Shown: positions 25,401 to 39,157, counted from the first letter of the whole stretch. The stretch is 63,473 nucleotides of DNA, filler included, from Octopus bimaculoides (GCF_001194135.2; 5 parts of 5 records of this genome joined end to end with filler, not necessarily neighbours in it); one strand, 5' to 3'. Numbers and translations are program-made. Notes: generated by a model from the sequence alone, not told the origin.

Positions 25401-25640
25401 AGCTTCTTTTGCTTGTTTAGTTTTAAAAGTAATTTTCTCTCCCTCTCTCTCTCTTTAAATCCTCTCCTTCAAACACTCATATGTCAAAATTGACAGAAGT
25501 GACCATCATCATCATCATCATTACAAGTACATGTGTATCTATCATCATTTTTTTATTTTATTCAATTTTAGAAAAATTGAAGCATATCTTTGACAATTCT
25601 AAAGCATTTGAGCTTATTTTGCATGTGACTTTTGGCCACC

Positions 25641-25704
<64 letters not shown>

Positions 25705-26599
25705 TCGTGCATATACATGTATGTATGTATTAGTGAACATCTGTGTGATCTCTGAACCTGCTGGAAAAGAAGTGAAATTTGTCTCGAATTACAATCTACC
25801 ATTTTAAAATAAAGGAAGTGTACACAGAATAATGCAGACTGAGATTTTATGTTCAAAAAGTAGATAGGATAGTCTCTAGTTTGAAATCTGTTTTCTCACC
25901 GAGGATGGTGTTAGAATGTATTTTGTCATAGGTCTGAGTGGATTCAGAAAGAGCTGGGAAATAAAGTTCTTTATCTATAGCTCTCTCCTAATCACAACAC
26001 TTACTCATTAACCCAAGAAATATAATGCACTTATGCACTTCTCATTTTTGTTTTGTCTGGAAAATTAGATGTACTTCTGGAAAAAAAATACTTATTTAAT
26101 TATTTAATTAATCAGGTGTCTAATTTGGTATTAATTGGAAAAGTTATTTTTCAGCATACTTTAGCCATGAGTTTAAATCTAACATCTAGTTACAAAACAT
26201 TACTGACAAAATAAATCTTCTTTACAACTTCTAACGTTTACTTAAAGTAGTGCAGTGTGTTTATTCAGAACAAGACAGCCAAGATGAAATGTTTCTAATA
26301 TGAACTATACAATATTTAGTTTGGCAGTTTATTTAGCATTCGGTATTCAAGTCTCACAGTGACTATCAATGCTACAAAGGTGGTATTATGCTGCAGGCAT
26401 ATACTACATTAGACAAGTGCTATACTATAGTGGCCTGTTCTACTATTCTATGCTATAGTGTATTATAATGAGGTAGATACTATATTTATAGACTCTGCAC
26501 TTTAAACAACAATAATTGTCTCAGTGCCTAACTGAGGAATTATGATTTTATGACGGCCTCAAAACATGACGTAAGTCCTCCTATATCAGCAATGAATTT

Positions 26600-27650
26600 C
26601 ACATCATCGTCATCATTGAACATCCATCTTCCATGCTTGCATGAATTGGCCAGTTTAACAGGATCCAAAAAGCCAGAGAATTGTGTCAAGCACAAATGTA
26701 TATCTAGCATAGTTTCTAAGGTTGGATGCCCTTTATAATGCCAAGCACACTACAAATTTCACTGGGTGCTTTTCATTGCACCAGCACTAGTGAGGTCACC
26801 AAATAATTCACATGACTCTTGAATGAATGTGGTTGTAATAGAGTATAAGGTGGCTTTATGCCAGGTAAAGAGAGGTATGATAAAGGGACAAATACAGGTG
26901 TCTTGCTGTAGAGGAGATACATAGCTGCCTTGCATGATATAAAGCTGGGTAGGAATAGCCAGAAAGAATATAATAATAGTGGTGATGAGGTGTCAGAGTG
27001 TACACTCAAGATACAAGAAGGTGAGTATAAGAGGCAATATTGACATGGGTTTGGGAAGGATGAGTGGATGAGTTCATTAGAGTGTGAGAGGATAGTGACA
27101 AATGGTTCATGATGGAGGTAGAGGTTAATGTAAGGAATGAAACTAGTGTGGAGATGTGACTGAAGGTAAATTATCAGCATTGAAGGGGGAAGGTGAAAGA
27201 ATAGGAGTAGCTCAAAAAGAAAGAAGTGATAAGTGGCAGTACAGAAACCAAAGTTTAGCAGCAGTATAACAAATCTAGTTGATAAGAAAATATATAGATA
27301 ATGTCTGGAGAGGAAGAATGAGGGGAGAAAGAGAGATGTACAGAGACAGGGATGGGTGTCAGAGATATCTAGGGATGGAGGACAGAGTTTGGAGGTAACT
27401 GGCAAAGGCAAATATGCCACTTGATGAGGATGATAGCAGATAAGACAGTTGCTATAGATTAGGTAATGGCAATCATAAGGAAGCACAGAAAGGAGTAACT
27501 GATGGAAATTAAAGTGAAAAGGGATGGTATATAAAATGAGAGATTGATTTTAAAAGGTAGTGGCTCAAGGGAGACAGGAGGTAATTGGTAGCACAAAAGG
27601 AGGTGAGAATGTATACATTCTGCTTTCTTATGATAATAGCTGCTGAATAG
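26600..27650. mobile_element. Decayed retroelement 3' sequences ((CAT)n-tailed repeat plus purine-rich tract)
   Basis: CATCATCGTCATCATTGAACATCCATCTTCCATGC resembles the tail at 37610; the purine-rich tract has an inverted partial copy at 28184-28322. Confidence 0.5.
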
Positions 27651-28029
27651 TACCATAGTTGGGTGCTAGGAAGATGAGAAAAAGATTGGGTGCAGGGGAG
27701 GATCTTGTGAATTTTATGACAAGGGAAGTCATAATTTGCCTGAAGATCCTGTGCACTCAGAGGTGAAACTCAGACTACCAACAGACTGACTGAACCAAAA
27801 TAAAATACATTATAAATCTATGGTATTAAGTACAGCCATATAAGCTATATAAAACATATATATATATGTGTATGTGTGAGTGTATTATGTATGTATGTAT
27901 GTATGTATGTATGTATGTATGTATGTATGTATGTATGTATAGTTGAATCTTACAGAAAAACAAAAGACGAAGACAGGTATATGAACAACAAGCAGGTATA
28001 TTAGTTTGACGCTCAGGAAAGTGAGAAAG

Positions 28030-28067
28030 TCTTTTACGTTTTGAGCGTACGCTCTTCAACAGAAAGG
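28030..28067 (-). ncRNA. Minimal hammerhead-like motif, CUGUUGA core, G12 mutated to A
   Basis: CCUUU / CUGUUGA / A / GAGCG-UA-CGCUC / AAAA / CG / UA / AAAGA; sister of 13464-13500. Confidence 0.55.
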
Positions 28068-28751
28068 AATAAGAGAAAAGAAAAAACAGAAAGTTCAAAA
28101 AGTTCAAAAAGGTTCTAACATCGTGGTATATATATATATATATATATATATAAAGAAAATAGGACAAGATAGAAAATATTACATTCAGTCACATCTCCAC
28201 ACTTGGTTCATTCTCTACGTTAACCCCTACCTCCATCTCGAACCATTTGTCACTCTCCTCTCACACTCTAATGAACTCATCCACTCATCCACTCATCCAC
28301 TCATCCTTCCAAAACCCGTGTTCTCTCTCTTGTCCTATTTTCTTTATATATATTGACTAAAAAGTAAATAAGTAACAAGGATGTTAAGGTATTAATGCAA
28401 TACAGCCTTATATAAGCAGCTCCATTTAATCGAACAATGCAAGCATTACATCAATTTGAATTATAATTTTTAGCAAATATTTCATCAGAGCAGGCAGACG
28501 GGCAGGCAGGCAGACAGACAGATACATACAATACATACATAGATAGATACATATATAGATACATAATACATACGTATGTATGTATGTACATATGCACATA
28601 CATACATGCATGCAGACAAACTGACAAACGTGTTTTTTTCATCTCGTGTCAGCTCAGATCCAATGGTTCAACCATCAAAGATATTCAGACATATCATATA
28701 TAGTTTTATACTATCCAAAGTTTCCTTCCTTTCTTAAGGTGGTAGAGAGTA

Positions 28752-29090
28752 AAGGCCCATAGTGAGTGGTCAGGGTGTTGTACTTACAATTACAAGCTCA
28801 TGCTTCAAATTCCTGGACTGCATAGTGTGTCATGTTTTTGCATAAAAACCCTTCATCTTACGTTGCACAGGAATCCCTTTGATGTCTGACATGTAGCATT
28901 CCTTGTACCTATACAGGCCATGCCTATTTGATGGAGGGAGTGAGCTAGTGTAATCAAACACAAATGTTTGATCAGAATAAACAAATCATTTATGCAGGTT
29001 GTTCAACAGGGAGTAATTCAAGGGCTGATTTGGCTGCTATTTCTAACAGGTCATGTGATCCTGTAAAAACTCCTTCACTGGCTTAAAATA
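28752..29090 (+). mobile_element. Decayed SINE-like repeat with tRNA-like head
   Basis: TAGTGAGTGGTCAGGG...GCTTCAAATTCC A/B-box-like head. Confidence 0.5.
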
Positions 29091-31149
29091 AACATTCACA
29101 CATAAATATATCTATATACACCAGATGTAAATCAATTATACCACATGCCTCTTCAAATCTGTGCCAGTGCCAAGCTAAATATCATCGTTAATATTTTTAT
29201 TATTGTTGCTTGTGCTTATTTTTTTGTGGGTCTTGCTGCTGCTGTCTTAATTACAATAAATTACTTGTTACTTCATTAATAGCACCCTTGCTTACTAATT
29301 TCTGTGTCACTAACATATTTGGTTGCACCAAATTACATTTTGATAAGAACTTTTCATGTTTATATGTTTTTAGTATGCTTGTTAATTAGACTAATATTTT
29401 TGCTTGTTAATGATCATGGCAATTTGGGGGTCATGACTGCCTAGTTTGATATATTTAAATTATGCTTATAATTTATAATCATTTCATTATGAGAGGAAAA
29501 TAAGCAGGAAAATAAATATAGAAACATACATTGTAGCCTAAGTCTTTAGCAATGTCATTGACAGTATCTTAAAATCTGGAACAATTCCTTTGGAATTATT
29601 TTAACTTTGTTTCATCGTTTCACAACTTAACATAGAGAACTCACTACTCAATAACTGACAACTTGTATTGAACACAAAGTATTATGACAATATAATTATT
29701 GAGGAAGGAAACATTCAAAGTTTCAACATTCTTAATTTTTCTAAAGGTTCTAGGGGCATAAAGAGGAATAATATTTTTACAAGCAATCAAAATAGCATTA
29801 CAGACTTAGCAACAGGATGTTTTACCAATTAGTCTATGGCTGTCGATATTTTAGCTAACGTAATTATGACTGTTACGATATATAAGGTCTTCTACTCAGA
29901 GTCGTCTCAACAGCTTCAAAGACCCCTGAGCAGATCAAGGACATATAGTATTTATTTATTGACTGCAAACAGCAACATACATAGATCAAAACTGAGCCTG
30001 TGGACATGTGAAACCCTTGGACAAGGTCCAGTGTGCTCATACCTTAAAATAACCCTGCTTCTAACATAGAATAATCTCTTTCAGAAATGCATTAAAAGCT
30101 GAAGTATAATAAATTGATTTGTTTCATTCTTTTTTTAACTGAATATCTTAAATCATGGCGATGTTAATTAACTCTTCATTACTGTTCTGATATTTAGTTA
30201 ATGTCTGAATAAATTAAACAAAAAAAATTAACGATTCTAAAATTTTGTTTTTTTTATCTATGAAGTTCAGTTTTGTGAGATTCATTCTTTACAGACATTC
30301 TCCATGCTGGTGTGGGTTGGATGATTCAACAGACATTGTGTATTGGGAGTCACAGCAAAATCACTTTTCCGTAAACATTCTCAGTCTATTGCTCTCAATC
30401 TTGTTTACTTTTAATTGTTGAAACTGCTTCATTTATGCTGATAATATTCTAAAGGTAACTTTCCATTCTTAAGAAGGTCAGATTTGAGGGAGTTATAGTT
30501 ATTTCTATTTGTCTAGCAGCTGGAGCAGCAATGTGAATTTCCGTCATTATCTCTCAAAGTCAAAATACTCAAAGTGAAGGATGTCATGGATATATGAGAT
30601 CACTGCAGCAAACCCCAGCCCTTGAATTCCAGATCACAAGATTTACAATCATCCACAAATACTAAGGCACATCTACAATATCAGTCTAACAGCACCATCC
30701 CTTCTACTCAGTCCTAACAGAATTAAAACATCCTAGAGACTCTAATATAAATCCCTATGTTCCCAGAATCCTACAACAGCACAACTGTAAAAACACCAAT
30801 CCAATTTAAACAAGCATAAAAACTGCACACACTGATATAGCTGATGTCGTCATCATCATCATTGTCATTATTATTGTTGTCATTGTAGTCATCGTCGTCA
30901 TTGTCATCATCATCCTTTAACACCTGTTTTTCAGGCTGGCATGGATTGGACTGCTGGCATGAGTTATAGGATCATAAATTGTAGGCATTGAGCTATAATA
31001 GACACTGATAGTGGTAAGTGTAAAGAAATAGTAACTGATGCACTCTATCTGGCTCCTTTATGATCACAACTAGAATTTCCAGACATACAATAACAGAGTG
31101 AACAATGGAGAGGGTTTATGTTTAAGCTGTCAGACTAAAAGTAAAAGAG

Positions 31150-31495
31150 TAAAGACCCCCTTCAGTCATGGATGACCATGGAATTGAATCTAAAATGCCC
31201 TTCTCTACCCCCAAGGCACAAGTCTGGACAAGATTGTTTCATAGAAGACCAGCAGTCGCCCATGCACTCCAGCATCTCCTCTCCACGCCACTGATGTTAT
31301 GCAAGGAAAAGCAAAGGGGCCGATACAGCTTGGCACCAATGATCTTGCAACTCATTTCTACGGCTGAGTGAACTGGAGCAATTTGAAATAAAGTGTCTTG
31401 CTCAAGAACACAACAGACAACCCTACCTGAGAATCAAACTCACAACTTCTCAATCATAAGCTCAACACTTTAACCACTGAGCCATGCACCTTCAC
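31150..31495 (-). mobile_element. tRNA-headed SINE (family E), CpG-decayed
   Basis: Minus-strand head GTGAAGGTGCATGGCTCAGTGGTTAA...GAGTTTGATTCTC, then TTGAGCAAGACACTTTATTTCA..TTGCTCCAGTTCACTCAGC body. Confidence 0.75.
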
Positions 31496-31689
31496 TATAA
31501 ACTGTCACTCATCATCATCATCATCATCTAGCATCCATTCTTCATGCTGTGGCACAGGCTGGACAATTCAACAGAAGCTGGTGAGCAAGAGGATTACACC
31601 AAGTCCCAATGTCTGCTTTTGCATAGTTTCTATGACTGGATGCATGGCTTAATAGGATATTTGGCTGAAAATCATATGGTCAAAATTTC

Positions 31690-31875
31690 AATATGTGGTG
31701 GCATGCTGTGTCCTTGAGCAAGGCTCTCTGTTTCACATCGCTCCAGTCTACTCAGCTGGCAAAAATGAGTTGTACCTGTATTTCAAAGGGTCAGCCTTGT
31801 CACACTCTGTGTCACGCTGAAACTCCTTGAGAACTACATTAAGGGTATGCGTGTCTATGGAGTACTCAGCCACAC
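31690..31875 (+). mobile_element. SINE-like repeat (family D)
   Basis: TCCTTGAGCAAGG...GCTCCAGTCTACTCAGCTGGCAAAAATGAG...CAGCCTTGTCACACTCTGTGTCACGCTG; sister of 16771. Confidence 0.75.
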
Positions 31876-32161
31876 ACACATATTATTGTAAATAACAAGG
31901 AGCCAAGCCATGAATTGAGGCCCTTCCTAGTGCCAACAACTTTATAGAATGTATTGAGTACTTTTTTAAATGGTACCAACACTAGTGAGGTTGTCACTCC
32001 ATATCAGTATATAGTGTATAGTTTTCATCTAGTCAAAGGAATGATGTGTCCATAAAAATAAGACTGTGAATTACACTTATTTGTTTAATAGGCAATTTTT
32101 GAGCCATGGGCTTTCTATCACTGATTTCTGTGATAGATTTACATCATGCAAATGCACACAG

Positions 32162-32192
<31 letters not shown>

Positions 32193-32215
32193 CATATAAA
32201 TAAATACATACATGC

Positions 32216-32262
<47 letters not shown>

Positions 32263-32276
32263 TATACATACCTATG

Positions 32277-32316
<40 letters not shown>

Positions 32317-33923
32317 TATTATCAAATCTTTCTGGAAAGATCTGAAGAGCTATTTTAACATATGATAGTTTGATGTTGTATGCATCAAAGTTAATTGCTT
32401 TGTATTGTTTTCTATTCAAATTGGAGACATCTACTTCAGAGTGAGAGTTAGCTTACTGTCATAACTATTACATTCTGCACTTTGGTGGGATATAAAAAAA
32501 AATTGTTTTAGAAACTCCACATTTCTTTTGTTCACTACTAATATTGTTACTTTATCTCACCAAAATAATTATTTTCAGTTAGTTTTTTTAAAGTTCTGTA
32601 CATTAATACCAACTTAGCTATTGTTTTTTATGCAAATGAGGTTTATATAATTTCAAAATAAATGTTTAAATATATACATACTGATTCATTTTGTTGCTAG
32701 CTAAACAACTATGGTAAAGAGTATTTTCTTTTTTATTCTTATAATTTATTCAGGAGGAGCAGTGCACAAGACCTTTTATAGCACCCTTCAGATTGGTGAA
32801 AGGGAAGGCAGTTGGGAAAAAGCCTAGAACTGGAGACCTGGCCTTTATGCTTGCATCAGACTGGACACCTCAAGGATATGCTGAACAACAGATTAAATAT
32901 GACATTCAAGTAGGTCATGGTAGGATTTGAACTTGGAATGTTAAAAGCCTGAACAATGTTAAAAGTATTACTGCAAAGTAATATACACAAAGTTCTAACG
33001 GTTCTATCAGTTCAACTCATTAGATCAGTACTTTATGAATTAACTGCAGAAGGTTTAAAGATAGAACTGATATCAGTGGGTTTTGAACTCTGGTTACAAG
33101 GAACTAAGCTGAATATTGCAAAGCACTTTGTCTGACATTCTAATAACTCAGTTAGTTCCCCACCTATGATGAGGTCAGAATAAAACCAAATTATGTTCAA
33201 AGTTGACCTTCTTACATATTAAGAAAAAAACAAAAAAACATCTTAGCTAATGACTAATAGCAGTTTTGTTTTGTCTTATTTTTCTTACTGTATGTTTATT
33301 TCTAGTTTAGATGTTTAATGTTGTTGCATATGTTAACACTAACTTTTCTGACAATTCAACATTCTGACACTGTTCCCACCCTCATAGGGTGCCAGACATG
33401 AATTAAGCTTATTCAAAAATATTGATTGAAACAGCATGGGAATTTTAGTAGATTTTGGTAGTTGGCTGTACAAATGTGAGAAAACGTACTCAATACAAGT
33501 GGTAAAGTTTAGCTATTTATTCATTCAGGCAACAAAAGTATAAGAAAAGAGCATATATGTGAGAAACCCAGGTCACTGAGAAAGCTAATAAATTACATAG
33601 ATAAGTAAACACACACACACGTATAATGATATGTCTACACGAGAATATAAGGAAGTGTCCAGGCAGTTTCTTCACATGGACAGAAATGTGTTTTTTAAAA
33701 AGGCCTTAAAAATGAGGGTTAATGTAGTTCCTTATGTAAAATATGTATCAAGACTGGAGGCTTATGGTTGTGGTGTCTTTGAATACCAGTCTACTGAAAC
33801 AAGACTGATTTGAACAACGATGCATGCTACACATGTGTATCTGTATAAAGGCATGTGCATATGTTTGTGAAAACATGCACATAATTACACACACATGCAC
33901 ATGTATATAATATATGTGTGTGT

Positions 33924-33977
<54 letters not shown>

Positions 33978-34115
33978 NNNNNNNNNNNNNNNNNNNNNNN
34001 NNNNNNNNNNNNNNNNNNNNNNNNNNNNNNNNNNNNNNNNNNNNNNNNNNNNNNNNNNNNNNNNNNNNNNNNNNNNNNNNNNNNNNNNNNNNNNNNNNNN
34101 NNNNNNNNNNNNNNN

Positions 34116-34172
<57 letters not shown>

Positions 34173-34174
34173 GG

Positions 34175-34620
34175 CACAGGAGTGGCTGTGTGGTAAGAAG
34201 CTTGCTTCATGGCTCCAGGTTCAGTTCCACAGTGTGGCTCCTTGGGCCTGTTGTATAATTTAATATACATCCATTTGTTGTTTACACCACCTGTCTTCGT
34301 CTGTTGTTTTTTTTCATAAATTCTCCCATATATATATATATATATATATATATATCATCATCATCATTGTTTAACATCCGTTTTCCATGCTGGCTTGGGT
34401 CCTATATATATATATATATACACACACATATATATATGTGTGTGTATATGTATATAATTTGTGTGTGTCTGTGTCTGTGTTTGTTCCTCCACCATCACTT
34501 GACAACTGTAACTTAGTAATTTGGTTTAAAAAAGAATAAGTCCTGGGGTCGATTTGTTCGACTAAAGGCAGTGCTCCAGCATGGCCACATTCAAATGACT
34601 GAAACAAGTAAAAGAAAAAA
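34175..34620 (+). mobile_element. SINE fragments (B head at 34175, pLTR-like repeat end at 34265, C-type tail at 34480) interspersed with (TA)n
   Basis: GGAGTGGCTGTGTGGTAAG head; CGACTAAAGGCAGTGCTCCAGCATGGCC...GACTGAAACAAGTAAAAG tail. Confidence 0.7.
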
Positions 34621-35034
34621 TGAATATAAAATATAATTGCATAGCTGTATGTATATATATTTATGTATAGACGTGTATATACATGTATGTATATATATCT
34701 GTGTGGTGTGTAGAAGGCAATGTATGTGCTTATATCTATATATACAGAGTAAGAGCGGGACTGAAAGAGACAAGAAGATATATAAAAAGACTGATATACA
34801 TACATGCACGTAACTATATACTGTAGGCATTTATTGAACAGTTTAATGCTTTTGCTTATAAAGCTTTAATACACAAACTGACATATGCACATACTTATGT
34901 ATGTGCATATGTATAGCCTTATGTCTTTCTGTCTCTGCCTCTGCCATTGTAATTATGAATATCTGCATCCGTATGTATATTTGTGTAGATAAACATACAC
35001 ATATATACATGCATATCTCTCTCTCTCTCTCTCT

Positions 35035-35076
<42 letters not shown>

Positions 35077-35841
35077 ATATATACACATATATATATTGTA
35101 TTATTGATAGTGAGGCCGATACATTATACTTGTATCAGATGACTCTCTGTTTGCCTGTTGACATCTTTCTCTTGCATACATCTAACGAAAAATTATTGCA
35201 ATTTCATTACTTCAAACAGAATCCTTCTGTCTGCCTGTCTCTCTCTTTCTCTCTCTCTCTTCCTTCCCCCATNNNNNNNNNNNNNNNNNNNNNNNNNNNN
35301 NNNNNNNNNNNNNNNNNNNNNNNNNNNNNNNNNNNNNNNNNNNNNNNNNNNNNNNNNNNNNNNNNNNNNNNNNNNNNNNNNNNNNNNNNNNNNNNNNNNN
35401 NNNNNNNNNNNNNNNNNNNNNNNNNNNNNNNNNNNNNNNNNNNNNNNNNNNNNNNNNNNNNNNNNNNNNNNNNNNNNNNNNNNNNNNNNNNNNNNNNNNN
35501 NNNNNNNNNNNNNNNNNNNNNNNNNNNNNNNNNNNNNNNNNNNNNNNNNNNNNNNNNNNNNNNNNNNNNNNNNNNNNNNNNNNNNNNNNNNNNNNNNNNN
35601 NNNNNNNNNNNNNNNNNNNNNNNNNNNNNNNNNNNNNNNNNNNNNNNNNNNNNNNNNNNNNNNNNNNNNNNNNNNNNNNNNNNNNNNNNNNNNNNNNNNN
35701 NNNNNNNNNNNNNNNNNNNNNNNNNNNNNNNNNNNNNNNNNNNNNNNNNNNNNNNNNNNNNNNNNNNNNNNNNNNNNNNNNNNNNNNNNNNNNNNNNNNN
35801 NNNNNNNNNNNNNNNNNNNNNNNNNNNNNNNNNNNNNNNNN

Positions 35842-35901
<60 letters not shown>

Positions 35902-35967
35902 GTATATGTATCTATATATACATATATACATATATAGATATACATGCATATAGACACGCACACACAC

Positions 35968-36011
<44 letters not shown>

Positions 36012-36348
36012 GTATGTATATGTGTGTGTGTGTGTGTGTGTATATACCAATTATATATATATGTATCTGTTATCTCTGCCTGTGCTTACGTAAAGCCACC
36101 TCACATCAGTCAGTGCCTAACTCCGAAATAACATATGCTCTTGTGAATTCTAGTGTGGTTATGTTCCCACATGGTCTACAGGACTCTAATGGTTTCTGAC
36201 ATAGGCACAAGGCTACAAATTTGAGGAAAGGGGTCTTGTTGGATGTAATTGACTCAACCCTAAACACACAGGCACATGTAAAAACACACAATCATACACA
36301 CACGTGTTAGTCTGCATGTACTGGTATATATATATGTGTATGTGTATT

Positions 36349-36385
<37 letters not shown>

Positions 36386-37599
36386 GTATATGTTTACACT
36401 GTATAAACATATAAATGACCACAAATTGGTCTGTATTTATTGCAGACAGGAGCTACAACTTTCTTTAGCTTTCCCCTCTTTTCTCCCCTCTCTTTTTACC
36501 CCTCTTTCTTTCCTTTTCTCTCTCTCTCCCTCTCTCACTCATACAATTGTGCCTTTCTTTCACCCCACTATCCCCTGTTCATTAGTTTTGTCTCCCATTC
36601 TCTGTCAATCTGTGTTTACACCTTCCCATCTTCTCTCATCCTTCTACCTCTCACTACCTGTCTGTTGTCTTCTCCACTTTGTATTATATCACCACCCCTG
36701 TCTATCGGTCTGTCCGTCTGTCTGTCTCTCCCTATCCCTCTCCTTATTTCTCTTTCTCTCTCTCTCTCTTTCCCTCTGTCCCCACTTCTCTCTCACNNNN
36801 NNNNNNNNNNNNNNNNNNNNNNNNNNNNNNNNNNNNNNNNNNNNNNNNNNNNNNNNNNNNNNNNNNNNNNNNNNNNNNNNNNNNNNNNNNNNNNNNNNNN
36901 NNNNNNNNNNNNNNNNNTTATTTCTCTTTCTCTCTCTCTCTCTTTCCCTCTGTCCCCACTTCTCTCTCACATACACACATACAAACACTACATTTCTATC
37001 TAATATCTATTTTCCTTTTTTTACCATGTATATATATGCACTTCATATTCACACACTGTTTGAGCTATTTTCACTTTCACACTTTCATCTCCATTTCTGT
37101 CTTTCTGTCCCTGTCTTATCAATTAATATCCTCCCATCACTCTCTTACCATTCTCACATTATATCTCTTTCCCAGTCTATATCTGTCCATCTCTATCGTT
37201 CTATCTTTATCATATTTTTATCTCATACTCTCTAACCTCTCTACTTAAGTTCCTCTCCTTCTGAAGTTATGTATAACAAAAATAAGCATAAAACTAAAGG
37301 AAAACAGATGATAAAAATGTGAAAGAACAGAAGGAGATAGAGAAGACAACAAAAGACAGGGTGAAGATAACTGAGTGTCCTAAAAGTCATTCAGTATTAT
37401 TTCTATTGATATATGATATACAAAAATAAAAATATCAAAACTAATATAAAATTTTTAAAAAACAGTGGGAGACGATCTCATAACAACTTGGGAGTTTTGA
37501 ACAGATAGTGTGCTTGCAATAATAGATAATAACAAAGGATTGTAAACTGATACTAACAATGCATGCATGTGTACACAAATACACGCGTATCTATGCCAA

Positions 37600-38945
37600 T
37601 GTACACACTTCATCATCATCATCATCATCGTTTAACGTCCGCTTTCCATGCTAACATGGGTTGGACGATTTGACTGAGGACTGGTGACAGCTGGAAACCC
37701 TTCCTAATAATGCCAACCACTCCGAGAGTGTAGTGGGAGCTTTTACGTGCCACCCGCACGAAGGCCAGTCAGGCGGTACTGGCAACGGCCACGCTCAAAA
37801 TGGTGTATTTTATGTGCCACCTGCACAAGAGCCAATCTAGGGGCACTGGCAATGATCTCACTCGAAAGTCCTTACAGATGCCGAGGGCACAAGTGTCAGA
37901 AAGGCAATGCTGGGCACATGTGCCATCATGATTTTGATTTCGCTTGCCCCAATAAGTCTTCGCGCAAGCTGAGTTTCGTGTCCAATGAAGGAGACGACGT
38001 TGGCATGGGTGCCAGTCGACGAATTTAACTCAATTTTGATTTCACTTGCCTCAATAGGTCTTTGCAAGTGGGGTTTAGTGTCCAATTTAACTCGATTTCG
38101 ATTTCACTAGCCTCAACAGGTCTTCGCAAGTGGAGTTTAGTGTTCAATGAAGGAAGGTACGCATAAGTGGACTGGCTGAGGCCTTAGATTTAGGTCTCAC
38201 TTGGCTTGCCTGGTCTTCTCACGCACAGCATATTTCCAAAGGTCTCGGTCAGAAGTCATCGCCTCGGTGAGGCCCAATGTTTGAAGATCGTGCCTTACCN
38301 NNNNNNNNNNNNNNNNNNNNNNNNNNNNNNNNNNNNNNNNNNNNNNNNNNNNNNNNNNNNNNNNNNNNNNNNNNNNNNNNNNNNNNNNNNNNNNNNNNNN
38401 NNNNNNNNNNNNNNNNNNNNNNNNNNNNNNNNNNNNNNNNNNNNNNNNNNNNNNNNNNNNNNNNNNNNNNNNNNNNNNNNNNNNNNNNNNNNNNNNNNNN
38501 NNNNNNNNNNNNNNNNNNNNNNNNNNNNNNNNNNNNNNNNNNNNNNNNNNNNNNNNNNNNNNNNNNNNNNNNNNNNNNNNNNNNNNNNNNNNNNGCATGG
38601 CTGTTCGTACACATGCGTCATACAGTCTGCCTTTTACTCTGAGTGAGAGTCCCTTTGTCGCCAGCAGAGGTAAGAGCTCTCTAAACTTTGCCCAGGCTAT
38701 TCTTATTCTAGCAGCTACACTTTCAGCGCACCCACCCCCACTACTAACTTGGTCGCCCAGATAGCAGAAGCTATCGACTACCTCTAGTTTTTCACCCTGG
38801 AATGAGATAGAAGTTGTTTCCTGTTTGTTTACCGTGTTTATTGCACCTGAACATCTGCCACATACAAAAACTAACTTCCTAGTTAACCTGCCTTTGATGT
38901 TGCTGCACCTCTTATGTGTCCATAGCTTGCACTTGGTGCATCTTA
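37600..38945 (-). mobile_element. 5'-truncated RTE-clade LINE with Cys-rich (PHD-like) segment and (GAT)n tail
   Basis: CTKCKLWTHKRC...VCGRC, KLEVVDSFCYLGD, ARIRIAWAKFRELLPLL, KGRLYDACVRTAM, DRDLWKYAV; tail (CAT)n on plus strand; partly in a gap. Confidence 0.9.
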
Positions 38946-39068
38946 TAGACCTATACATATATGGAGAGAAATAGTTACATATATAAATGTGTGTGTTTGT
39001 GTGTGTTTGTGTGTGTATGTATGTGTGTGTATGTATGTGTGCGTGTATATACATGCATGTGTGTGTGC

Positions 39069-39157
<89 letters not shown>

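Noticed and set aside
29860-29975. Candidate minus-strand exon SINKYYMSLICSGVFEAVETTLSRRPYI with a good TTTGCAG acceptor
   Set aside because: Weak donor, no recognisable homology, and the adjacent upstream candidate exon has stops in all frames. It needs RNA-seq.
35130-35195. Candidate 52-nt minus-strand exon after a TTTTTCGTTAG acceptor
   Set aside because: Too short, weak donor, no homology.
36745-36970. About 52-bp CT-rich direct repeat on both sides of a gap
   Set aside because: Probable contig-overlap artefact or simple-repeat slippage.
37930-38150. Repeat-spacer-like arrangement
   Set aside because: The units are contiguous tandem copies in a LINE 3' UTR with no unique spacers or cas genes; not a CRISPR array.
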